From NCBI GenBank assembly GCA_963765245.1, contig CAVXVP010000033.1, positions 21,104-85,103 of the forward strand: a stretch of DNA of 64,000 nt, in the 5' to 3' direction. The stretch comes from an uncultured Chloroflexia bacterium (GTDB taxonomy: Bacteria > Chloroflexota > Limnocylindria > Limnocylindrales > CSP1-4). Shown one piece after another: positions 53,493 to 62,571 of the stretch (its first letter is position 1; each line of letters begins with the position of its first letter). The translations under genes and the position numbers were made by a program. The notes beneath the pieces are model-generated. The model saw nothing but the letters and a program-made list of their open reading frames with translations, had not been told where the DNA came from and did not search any database.

Positions 53493-53660
53493 TCAACCGC
53501 CCGTGGCCGCATCGATCGCGTTGCCGATGAGCCCGAGGATGTCGGCCAGCGTTCCCCCGAAGACCCCGAGGATGAGCGCTGTGAACGTGCTCGTCAGCGC
53601 CAGGATCAGCCCGTATTCGACGAGCCCTTGGGCGGCGCGGCGACGTCGGCCCCGAACCAT
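53493..53660 (-). CDS. Divergent Flp-like pilin 4 (55 aa, missing from the ORF track)
   Basis: Manual translation MVRGRRRRAAQGLVEYGLILALTSTFTALILGVFGGTLADILGLIGNAIDAATGG. The ATG abuts the kinase TAG. Confidence 0.8.
   Translation of the reverse strand: MVRGRRRRAAQGLVEYGLILALTSTFTALILGVFGGTLADILGLIGNAIDAATGG
53639..53659 (-). repeat. Right arm of the 21-bp inverted repeat, overlapping the pilin 4 start
   Basis: Minus strand TGGTTCGGGGCCGACGTCGCC. Confidence 0.7.
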
Positions 53661-54878
53661 CTACGCCTTGGACGCGACGACAGGGTCGGGTGGCATCTCC
53701 ACCACGATGCGTACTTCGTCGCCCTCGGGAGATAGCTCGGCGAGCATACCGAGGGTCGCGGCGCGACTCTGGATCTCGCGCCAGGTCGATGGTGGCAGGA
53801 CGACGATCGCCTCCCGCCTCGCGGCCTCGAGCGCATCGCGTGCATCGGCACGACGGTCGGCCATCATCGCCGCGAGGGCTGGCGGCAGGTCCTTGTCGGC
53901 GGCCTCATCGGGGGTCTGGTCAGGACGCACCTCGGCGCTCGCACGCGATGCGGAGACGCGCACATCGAGCACCTCCGACCAATCGAGCCGGACGGACACC
54001 CGGTCGGCACGAGCGCCGAGATAGGCCGCGGTCGCTTCATCGACCATGCGGAACATCCCACTCTCGAGGTCCATGTCCAGGCGCCGATCGGGGCCCAGGG
54101 AGTCGAAGTCGACCGGGACCCCGGCACGTCCGCCTCGCTCCCTGGCCGCCCGGCGGAGCGTTGGGACGAGCCCGAGGTCGTCGAGGACCATGGGGCGGAC
54201 GTCAAAGATGAACGACTTCGTCGCCTCGAGCGTCTGCTGGACCATGGCGACGAGCTGGCGCGCCTCGCCGCCGGCGCCCACCGGGTCGGTCGCCACCAGT
54301 CGCTCGACGATCTGTGCCTGCAGGATGATGTTGGTCAGGCTCTGAGCGGGTCCGTCGTGCATCGCCCTGGCGATCTCGCGCCGAAGGTCTTCCTGGGCTC
54401 CGAGGAGCAAACGCGAGACGGCCGGCGGTGCCCCGGTCGGGTCGGCGATGACCTTCGATCCGGCCTTGGCCGATCGCTGTGGCAACGGCACGTCGCCGAA
54501 CGCGGTCAGCGCCTCGAGGTACACCGCGAGCGTGTCTCGGTAGCGTGTGAGGGCGCGGCGCTTGCCCTCCAGTACGTCGACCTGCGATTCCATGAGGGCC
54601 GCCCTCTTCGTCAGCAGGACGAGCTGAGTGTTGAGGTCGGCAGCGACCGTGGGTTCCAGGGTGCTACCCGCAGACGCCGCGGCCGCCGTCGCGGTGCTGA
54701 GCTTCTCCACGGCGGCGACCCGTCGCGTCTCGTGCCGAGCGGCTTCCGTCCGGGCCTGCTCGACCAGCAGCTCCACCTCGCTCAGCTCGGACTCGAGCTG
54801 CGCCAACTCATCCGCCATCTTCCCGGAGAGCTCGGGCAGGCTGGCGGGCGGCGTCGGAGACGGGGCGACGTCGGTCAT
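53661..54878 (-). CDS. Soluble DegS-like histidine kinase homolog (HisKA_3) with a degenerate ATPase domain
   Basis: Coiled-coil N-terminus; AQEDLRREIARAMHDGPAQSLTN; DVRPMVLDDLGL. No N, G1 or G2 boxes. Confidence 0.82.
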   Translation of the reverse strand: MTDVAPSPTPPASLPELSGKMADELAQLESELSEVELLVEQARTEAARHETRRVAAVEKLSTATAAAASAGSTLEPTVAADLNTQLVLLTKRAALMESQVDVLEGKRRALTRYRDTLAVYLEALTAFGDVPLPQRSAKAGSKVIADPTGAPPAVSRLLLGAQEDLRREIARAMHDGPAQSLTNIILQAQIVERLVATDPVGAGGEARQLVAMVQQTLEATKSFIFDVRPMVLDDLGLVPTLRRAARERGGRAGVPVDFDSLGPDRRLDMDLESGMFRMVDEATAAYLGARADRVSVRLDWSEVLDVRVSASRASAEVRPDQTPDEAADKDLPPALAAMMADRRADARDALEAARREAIVVLPPSTWREIQSRAATLGMLAELSPEGDEVRIVVEMPPDPVVASKA

Positions 54879-54917
54879 CGGCGGTTCAACGGCAGGCTCG
54901 AGGATGTTCGGTCCGGC

Positions 54918-55664
54918 TCAGTCTTCCGGCATCCGGATCCAGCCCTGGCGCATCGCATAGACGACGGCCTGGGTCCGGTCGTTGACGGACAGCTTGCGCA
55001 GGATGGAGCTCATGTGGTTCTTCACGGTCTGTTCACTGATGGACAACGCATAGGCGACCTGCTTGTTGGTCATTCCCTGCGCGATGTTGTCGAGGATCTC
55101 CACCTCGCGCGGTGACAGCGGCGCGAAGATCGGCGCGGCGTCCTGGCCGTAGACGGCCAGCTCGCGGAACTCCTTGAGGACGCGGGACGCGACGGCCGGC
55201 TTGGAGAAGACCTTGTCGTTGATGAGGTACTCGCCGGCGACGACGCGTCGGATGATCGTGACGAGGTCATCCGGGCCGACGTCCTTGAGGATGAAGGCGG
55301 CCGCGCCTGCCTTGATGGCGTCGAAGAGCGCGTCCTCGTCCTCGGTCTGGGCAAGGACGATGATCCCGGTCGAGGGCAGCTCGCGCTTGATGCGCTGCGT
55401 CGTCTCGATGCCGCCCGGAGAGGGCAGCGACAGGTCCATCAGGATGATGTCGGGCGACGTCTCGAGAGCGCGATCGATCGCGCCACGCGAATCCTCCGCC
55501 TCGGCGACGATCTCGAAGTCGGGCTCCCGGCCGAGGATGTTGGCGATCCCCATCCGAAAGAGGGCGTGATCATCGACCACGAGGATGCGCGTGACCTCGT
55601 CGAGCGCTCGGCGATCCGGACCGCCCCGGCGGCGATCGGGCCCGCTGTAATCCTGTGCAGTCAT
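54918..55664 (-). CDS. NarL/DegU-family response regulator (receiver plus LuxR HTH)
   Basis: VVDDH, LMDL, ILKD, LSPREVEIL...TVKNHMSSILRKL. Confidence 0.93.
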   Translation of the reverse strand: MTAQDYSGPDRRRGGPDRRALDEVTRILVVDDHALFRMGIANILGREPDFEIVAEAEDSRGAIDRALETSPDIILMDLSLPSPGGIETTQRIKRELPSTGIIVLAQTEDEDALFDAIKAGAAAFILKDVGPDDLVTIIRRVVAGEYLINDKVFSKPAVASRVLKEFRELAVYGQDAAPIFAPLSPREVEILDNIAQGMTNKQVAYALSISEQTVKNHMSSILRKLSVNDRTQAVVYAMRQGWIRMPED

Positions 55665-55823
55665 CTGCTCTCCTCTCCTCCCGCGGCCGGTTCCGTCGGG
55701 ATCGTCAGGCGGACGATAGTGCCGCCATCCGGCCGCGATCGTACGTCGAATCGTGCGCCGACCTGGCTCGGCTCGTTCGCGCATGAGCCGGAGTCCGAAG
55801 TTGCACCGTCCTCGGGCCGCCAC
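55661..55823 (-). pseudogene. Orphan histidine kinase ATPase C-terminal fragment
   Basis: VAARGRCNFGLRLMRERAE / QVGARFDVRSRPDGGTIVRLTIP...; its stop overlaps the regulator ATG. Confidence 0.65.
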
Positions 55824-55848
55824 GGTCCGGATTGAGTATAGGCGTCGG

Positions 55849-57483
55849 TCACGGACAGACGACCTCGAATGCGCTGACGTCAGCAAGCGGATCGTTCGTG
55901 CCGGCCTCCCCGGTCCATGGACCGAGCGGGATCGGTCGGAAGCAATCGGCCTGCGGGGCGCCCGCTTCAAGGTCCGCCGGCCAGTGCTTGTCTCGCGGCT
56001 GGATCAGGATCAGGTAGCGGGTCCCATCGAAGGACCGGGCCAGGTCAAGGACGTCAGCCGGTGGTTCGTTCGGGAGGGCCAGGGTCGGGATCCGCTGTGT
56101 CTCGGCAAGCCAGATCGGGAAATCGGTGATCACCGGACCCGCGCTGGCATCGAGCGGATGACCGGCGGCCGCCATGCGGACCGCCAGCTCATTGAAGACA
56201 CGTGCAGTCCCGGCCGAGTCCGCGGCGAACGACGATAGGAGGACGACCGAGAAGATCGTCGACCCGAAGATGCCGAGCGTCGGACCAAGCCACGCCACGG
56301 GATTCGTCCACGACCGCCGCCGCCCGACCCAGGCGATCAGGGTATCCAGCGCGAAGAGGCCGCTGATGACCAACAGGACATGGACAGGCCCGGCTCCGTG
56401 CAGGAATGTGCCCCATTGGGTCGCGGCCGGGAAGACAAGGCTCGTGAACAGGAACGTGACAGCGCTGATGAGGAGGAGCGGACGCAGGGCGAGCGAGCGC
56501 AGCACCCACGGCAGACCGACGATGCCGACCAGCGACATCGGCAGGCCAAGAAAAACCAGGACGTTGAGCAGGTTGTGCGTGAGCCCGACCCAGCGGAGCT
56601 CCAGGAGCGCTGTCGGTCCGATCGCGAGGTAACGGGCGAGCGTCGGCCGATCGTGCCACGCGAAGATGTCCAAGCCCGATATGTATAAGGCGTTCGTCGC
56701 GGCGCCCCCCGGTAGTGGGGTTCCGAGCACGGTCAGATTCCGGTAGGCCCACGGGGCGAAGACGAGCAGGGCAACGACCGCGACGACGCCGATCAGGCGC
56801 AGCCGCACCGCCCGTGGCGCGATCGTGGCGAACCACGCGATCCCCGCCCAGATGACTGCCAGCCAGGCAGTCTCGTTGCGGGTCAACGCGCCGAGACCGA
56901 ACAGGACGCCGAGCCCGATCAGCCGTGGGTCGGTGAGACGGCCACCGCGGGGATCGCGGGCGATCCGGGTCATGAGCAGGCACGCACTCAGGACGATGAC
57001 CGTGAACGGCATCGTGGTGTCCGGGAGTGCCGAGTTGAGCAGAAGCGGCAGGTAGACCGCGGTCGTGAGCCCGACGCCGATCGCGACGGTCCGGGCCCGG
57101 CCCGTCGGCAGGCCACGTTCGGCCGTGATGTCCCACGCGAGCACCCATGCCAGGACCGGCACCAGGGCCCCTACCAGCACGGACGAGACTTGTGCGGCTT
57201 GGAACGTGGTGCCGAGGAACGCCATCGGGATCGCCGCCAGGAAGGTCGGCAGGGGCAGCCAGACCTCGAACGCCGGATGCGGGATCACGAGGTCAGGCGT
57301 CGCGAAAGTCCACAGCGCGTCCGTCACCAGCCCGCGACCTTCGACGAGGTTGCGCGCGACACCGACGTAGTACGCCGTGTCCTCGGGCTTCGGGAAGACG
57401 ATGACCGAGGCGACGACGATGCGCGTCACCAGCGCCACGACGAACAGTCCGAGGGCGGTCAGGATCGCCTCGCGCCTGGTCAT
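55849..57483 (-). CDS. GT-C (family 39/83-like) membrane glycosyltransferase
   Basis: PEDTAYYVGVARNL, WLPLP, ALTRNE, PWAYRN and many TM helices. Confidence 0.75.
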   Translation of the reverse strand: MTRREAILTALGLFVVALVTRIVVASVIVFPKPEDTAYYVGVARNLVEGRGLVTDALWTFATPDLVIPHPAFEVWLPLPTFLAAIPMAFLGTTFQAAQVSSVLVGALVPVLAWVLAWDITAERGLPTGRARTVAIGVGLTTAVYLPLLLNSALPDTTMPFTVIVLSACLLMTRIARDPRGGRLTDPRLIGLGVLFGLGALTRNETAWLAVIWAGIAWFATIAPRAVRLRLIGVVAVVALLVFAPWAYRNLTVLGTPLPGGAATNALYISGLDIFAWHDRPTLARYLAIGPTALLELRWVGLTHNLLNVLVFLGLPMSLVGIVGLPWVLRSLALRPLLLISAVTFLFTSLVFPAATQWGTFLHGAGPVHVLLVISGLFALDTLIAWVGRRRSWTNPVAWLGPTLGIFGSTIFSVVLLSSFAADSAGTARVFNELAVRMAAAGHPLDASAGPVITDFPIWLAETQRIPTLALPNEPPADVLDLARSFDGTRYLILIQPRDKHWPADLEAGAPQADCFRPIPLGPWTGEAGTNDPLADVSAFEVVCP

Positions 57484-59069
57484 GAGCCGAGCTCCAGCGG
57501 GTAGACCATCAGCCCGGCGATCCCGGTGCTCAGCGGCGGCCCGACCCATGACGGCCGGTTCCCGGCGAGGATCGGCGCAGCGGCCGGCACCGACTCCTTG
57601 GCATCCAGGACGAGCCACGCGATCCCGTATGCGCGCGCGACCTCTTCGATCGTGTCGATCGGGTCGTTGACGAGGACGACCCCACCGTGGTTCGTCCAGT
57701 ACTTCGTTGAGGAGGCGTCGATCGACATGACGCGGGACGCGGCGTCGGCGCCGGCCTGGGTCAGCGTCGTCGCCACCGCCAGCTCGCGCTGGCGACGATC
57801 CTCCCAGACGCCGTGGACCACGACTGACCCCGCGACGGCGCACACGACCGCGAACGCGAGGACGGCGCCGGTGAAGATCCGGCTTGCCCTCGCGGCGTCC
57901 CACGAGGATCGCCGCCTGGCGACCCATTGGACCGCGACGTCGATGCCCTCAAGGGCCAGGATGTAGCTGAACGGTGCAAGCGCGATCGCAGAATGGATGA
58001 AGGTCCCACCCGGCACGTGGACCGCCGACACGATCGCCGAGAACGCGAACAGCAGACCGGCGTAGATGAAGAACGGACCGAAGTCGCGCGACCTGCGCCG
58101 CGCCCAGCCGCCGATGAGCATGAACGGGGCGAGGACAACGCCGGCGACGAGCGTGATGTAGATCATCACTGCGGCGACGAACCCATCGATCCGCGTCTGG
58201 AGCAGCGGCCCGATCCCCATGTCGAGCAGCCGTCCGAGCGTGGCCGGGGTCGTGATGCTGTTCCACTCCTCGATCGAACGGATGAAGAGGACCTTGCCCG
58301 ACGCGGTCGATGGCGAGAGCGACCCAAAGACGGCCAACTGCCGCGCCCACCACGGGGCCATGACGAGTGCGAACGCCGCGACGCAGCCAGCGGCCGAGGC
58401 ATACGAGATCGCAGGTGGCCTGGTGCCGGCCGAGCGCCAGGACCGCCATCGATCCCAGGCGAAGGCCAGACCGAGCGCCGCGAGGACCAGCAGGCCGTCA
58501 TTCCGCGACAGCGTCGCGAGGCCGGCCAACAGTCCGGCGCCAACGAACGCCCACGGAGACGAGCCGCGCAGTGCCCGGGCGCCGAGCCACAGCGAGCCGA
58601 TGACCAGCGGCTGGAAGAGCGAGAAGTTGTCGGGCTGGACCAGGTAGACGGCCGACAGCAGCGGGACCGCCGTCAGGATCCCGGCCCCCACCGCGACACG
58701 ACGGACCGCCCCGAAGTCGCGCGCGATCGCCCAGGTGAGGGGCGCCGCGATCGCGCCGATCAGCGCGAAGGGGAGTGCCTCCGCCCAGGCGACGTCGCCG
58801 AAGACGGCCATGAAGGGGACCTGCACGATCGAGGCCAGGGGCATCCAGTGGGCGTTCGATGGGATCGGGAGCATCGGGTCGGCCGGGATCTTGGCTCCGA
58901 CCTCGGCGAAGATCCAGACGAAGTCGATGTTGAAGCCGGCGCCGGCGTGGAGGCTCCTGGCGACATCGACGTAGTACGCGGAATCCGGGTAACCGGGATA
59001 GGGAAACTGCGCGATCAGGACCAAACGGACGGCAAGGGCAAGCCCGTATAGGAGGAGGGGGATACGCAC
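57480..59069 (-). CDS. GT-C membrane glycosyltransferase, paralog of the adjacent gene
   Basis: PDSAYYVDVARSL, WMPL, LSRNDG, PWWARQ, GTFIHS. Confidence 0.75.
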   Translation of the reverse strand: MRIPLLLYGLALAVRLVLIAQFPYPGYPDSAYYVDVARSLHAGAGFNIDFVWIFAEVGAKIPADPMLPIPSNAHWMPLASIVQVPFMAVFGDVAWAEALPFALIGAIAAPLTWAIARDFGAVRRVAVGAGILTAVPLLSAVYLVQPDNFSLFQPLVIGSLWLGARALRGSSPWAFVGAGLLAGLATLSRNDGLLVLAALGLAFAWDRWRSWRSAGTRPPAISYASAAGCVAAFALVMAPWWARQLAVFGSLSPSTASGKVLFIRSIEEWNSITTPATLGRLLDMGIGPLLQTRIDGFVAAVMIYITLVAGVVLAPFMLIGGWARRRSRDFGPFFIYAGLLFAFSAIVSAVHVPGGTFIHSAIALAPFSYILALEGIDVAVQWVARRRSSWDAARASRIFTGAVLAFAVVCAVAGSVVVHGVWEDRRQRELAVATTLTQAGADAASRVMSIDASSTKYWTNHGGVVLVNDPIDTIEEVARAYGIAWLVLDAKESVPAAAPILAGNRPSWVGPPLSTGIAGLMVYPLELGS

Positions 59070-59183
59070 GGCCGGTGCAGCGTAGCACCGGGTCTACACG
59101 GGTTCCGACGGTACGAAAGGGCCACCCGCGGCAGCCCTAGGTCAGGCGCCAGAGGCCTCGGTCAGGCGCGACGTGATGGCATC

Positions 59184-60564
59184 TCAGGCGCTGTAGGTGG
59201 TGACCAGTGTCTGCAGGTTGACCACCATGATCACGAGCAGCATGCCGATCATCGCGAGGGCGTCCAGGCGCCACCTTGCGAATCGGATCCCATACGCGGA
59301 GAGCAGGATCAGGAGCCAGACCGGCGCCAGGTATCGCCCTTGAAAGCCGATCTCCCCATTGCACGATCGGCAGGAACGCGAAGAGGACGATGGCCATTGA
59401 CACGAATGTCGCAACGGCTACCGCGGCCAGCAGCATCCGCTGGCCTGTCTGTAGGCCGACTTCCTCCTCCCTGCCGAAGAAGAACGCGATGCCGGTGAGC
59501 AGAACGAACAGGTAGAGGGCTGTCGGGAGAGCGACGGTGAGCCACCCGAGGACGCCGACACTCTCCAGCGTCCACTTCAAAAGGTGGTTCTGCAGGTTCG
59601 ACCAGAGGATTGCGAGGAACTCGAAGGGCTCGCGTATGACCAGGATCAGCCCGTTTCGAGCGCCTACATCGGTGTCGACGCGGGCAGCTGCGCCCGTCAG
59701 GTAGTAGGTGAGCAGGGTGAACCCAACGACGACGAATACCGTGGCGGCCAAAAGCGCCAGGAGCTTCCTGCGGCCGCCCAGTTGCGACGGCCGGAGGAGC
59801 AGCACCAGCAGCGCTAGTGCGCCATATCCCGGCTTGATGTTGAGGAAAACTGCCGCGGCGGCGATCACCAGGGCACTGTCGAGTCCTCGAAGTGTCGGGC
59901 GGGTGGACGCCCAGAGGAGAAGCGACGTGAAAAGGAACGCACCCGAGATCGTGATGGCGTCGGGGGAGACGCTGGCCAGCTGAAACATCGTCATCGGGAG
60001 TAGCGCCAGGAGCATGACGAGCTGCTTGCCGAACGGCGCCAATCGGATGGCGAAGAAGAACAACAACACTGCCGCGAAGAGGTTCGCCAATCTGGCCAAG
60101 TAGAAGGAGGCCAGAGGCGAAGCGCCCATAAGCCGCCCGAGGCCGACCCCGGCCGCCTGGGGAAGGTATCCGACCGGGCCGTAGTTCGCGGCCCGGGAGA
60201 CAACCTCTATGGCGTCGGAGGACGCGGTGTCGTTGAACAGGTCGTCATAGCCCGTGAAGCCTGGTTGCCCGTTCAGGGACGCGGGCAGGACCTGTGTGTC
60301 GCTGATCAGCCCCGCATAGAAGTCCGCAAGCCGGGCGAACGACCCCGGAAGGGTGACCGCTCCCGCTGGATCCGTCGTGAGCTGACCGTTGGTCATGGCC
60401 CACGCCCGGAACCAGTGATCCCCCTCGTCCGGGACTTGTAGGGGAGGCACGATGAACACCTGGGCAGTGCCGCCCACGAGGGCCAACACAAGGAACACGT
60501 ACTCAAGGCGTGCCCGTTCGAGCCGTGCGTTGACGCGACGCCAGAGCCGTCGGATGTGACTCAT
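59184..60564 (-). CDS. DUF2142-family membrane protein (frameshift near 59358)
   Basis: PPLQVPDEGDHW, YLPQAAG, YLARLAN, LPMT, KPGY; GFQGRYLAP in the second frame. Confidence 0.75.
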
Positions 60565-61649
60565 AAGCCGGTCGATCCGGCCACGGGTACGTCACCGAGT
60601 TCGAGGCGGCTCTGGCGCGCCCCAAGAACGTCCGGCCATCGGTCCATGGCGATCAGCGACCAGGCGACCATGGCCACCGCGATCCAGATCAACGACCCCG
60701 CGTATGTCGAGACGAGGATGGCCGCGACGAGTGCGATCTCGCGCCGGATGAGGATCATGCCGGGGAGCAGGAAGAGCACCGAAAACATGTGGAGCGACGG
60801 CGACCCGACCAGGGCAAGGATGCCGATCCACGCGCTCGCGCGACGCGGCGGCACCACAAAGACCGCCAACACGGACAGAACCGACAGGGCAAGGCCGATG
60901 GGCAGCCCGACATAGATCGACAAAGGGGCGCCGATGTAGGGCCACGAAGGGTCACCGGATCGGCTCGCTTGCGATAGCCAGTCGAACCACGTATCGATGC
61001 CGACGGCCGGCAGCGTCACGAGCGCCACGATCACGAACGGCGTGAGACCGATCAACGCCGCCGCGGGACGGCGTCGCAGGACATAGACCCACGCGTGCAC
61101 CTGCGAGACCTTGAGGGCTCCCACGAACGCGCCGAGGATCCCGTCGACAAAGGCCGGGCGTTCGCGGTCCGCCGGATCGAGTTGCCGGCCGTCGCGGTGC
61201 ATCAGAACGACGTAGGCCAGGAACAACAGGATCTGGATGTTCCCCCCGAGCAGCGCCTCCAGGTACGGCGGCCAGAGCAGGACCACTGCGGCAGCGACCA
61301 GCCCGAACCCGAGGCGCCGTGCCGACGCGTAGGCTGCTCCGACGATGAGGATCCACCAGGCGATGAAGACGACCGTTCGCGGCAGGAAGGTCAGCGGTGC
61401 GATCAGCGGCAGGACGAACGGCGGGTAGAGGAACGGAAGATCGGGGCCGCTGCCGGCCGAAAAGGCACTGACCGGATACGGGTCGGCACCTGCCAGCCAC
61501 CGTTCGGCGGCGCGCAGCGGGATCTCCAGGTCGACGCCGATCGGGTAACCGGTCAGCAGCCGTCGGATGTCGTCGGCAATGACCAAGGCGAGGATCGCCA
61601 GGAGAACGACGGTGAGACCGTTTTCCCTGATGGCGCGGCGGACATCCAC
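60561..61649 (-). CDS. GT87/DUF2029-family glycosyltransferase
   Basis: VDL...PY, FLYPP, GNI, ALK; polytopic membrane protein. Confidence 0.78.
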   Translation of the reverse strand: MDVRRAIRENGLTVVLLAILALVIADDIRRLLTGYPIGVDLEIPLRAAERWLAGADPYPVSAFSAGSGPDLPFLYPPFVLPLIAPLTFLPRTVVFIAWWILIVGAAYASARRLGFGLVAAAVVLLWPPYLEALLGGNIQILLFLAYVVLMHRDGRQLDPADRERPAFVDGILGAFVGALKVSQVHAWVYVLRRRPAAALIGLTPFVIVALVTLPAVGIDTWFDWLSQASRSGDPSWPYIGAPLSIYVGLPIGLALSVLSVLAVFVVPPRRASAWIGILALVGSPSLHMFSVLFLLPGMILIRREIALVAAILVSTYAGSLIWIAVAMVAWSLIAMDRWPDVLGARQSRLELGDVPVAGSTGL

Positions 61650-61695
61650 GTGCGCAAGTATGTCTGGGCGTCGGGCGCCAGATAGGATGCGTCCG

Positions 61696-62571
61696 ATGAG
61701 CGTCGACGTCCCGAGACTGTTCGCGTCGCGACGCGTGCTCTGGGTGTTCATCGCCGCCAGCGTTCTGGGCCTGATCATCGGCCTCGACACGCTGATCCTT
61801 CACCTCCGGCTCGATCCGCTCGCGGACGTCCGGGCCTACTACGACGCGGGGGCGCGCCTGAACGCCGGCCAGCCGCTGTACATCCAGCCCGCCACGACCG
61901 ACGACCCCGGCTTCTACCGCTACCCGCCGTTGCTGGCGATCGCCTTCCGGCCGCTGGCCCTCTTGCCCTACGAGACGGCCGCCCTCATCTGGGAGGCCTT
62001 CCTCATCGTGTTGTTCGTGGCGACGCTCGTCCGCCTCGGGCTCCGCAACCGGTGGACATGGATCGTGACCGGCTGGCTGGCCGCGCCCATCGCCTGGAGC
62101 CTGGCGATCGGCCAGGCACAGGTCGCGGTCACGTTCCTGGTCGCGCTCGGGGCGCCGTGGGCGATCGCGCTGGCCGCGAACCTGAAGATCCTGCCGATCA
62201 TCGTCGCGGTCTACTGGATCGGCCGGCGCGACTGGCGGGCGGTCGGCGTTCTCGTCGGGTGGCTGATCGGCTTGGCCGTGCTGCAGTTCGTGCTCGAGCC
62301 GGCCGGCACCATCGCGTTCATCACGTTCTCGGACCTCGGCCAGGTCGGCAACGTCGAGAACCGCTCGCTCTATGCGATCTCGCCGATCCTGTGGGGTGTC
62401 TTCGTCCTCGGGCTCCTGGCGCTCGCGTTGCGCTTCGCGCCGAGTCGGGCCGGCTGGGCTCTGGCGGTCTCGGCATCCGTGTTGGTCAGCCCTCGCCTCC
62501 TCATGTATCAGCTGTCGACGCTGCAGGCCGCAGTCAGGTCCCCTGACGATCCGGACGCTGGCCCGACGTGA
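61696..62571 (+). CDS. GT87/DUF2029-family glycosyltransferase
   Basis: DVRAYYDAG, PLY, YRYPP, GQ, NLKILP. Confidence 0.8.
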   Translation: MSVDVPRLFASRRVLWVFIAASVLGLIIGLDTLILHLRLDPLADVRAYYDAGARLNAGQPLYIQPATTDDPGFYRYPPLLAIAFRPLALLPYETAALIWEAFLIVLFVATLVRLGLRNRWTWIVTGWLAAPIAWSLAIGQAQVAVTFLVALGAPWAIALAANLKILPIIVAVYWIGRRDWRAVGVLVGWLIGLAVLQFVLEPAGTIAFITFSDLGQVGNVENRSLYAISPILWGVFVLGLLALALRFAPSRAGWALAVSASVLVSPRLLMYQLSTLQAAVRSPDDPDAGPT

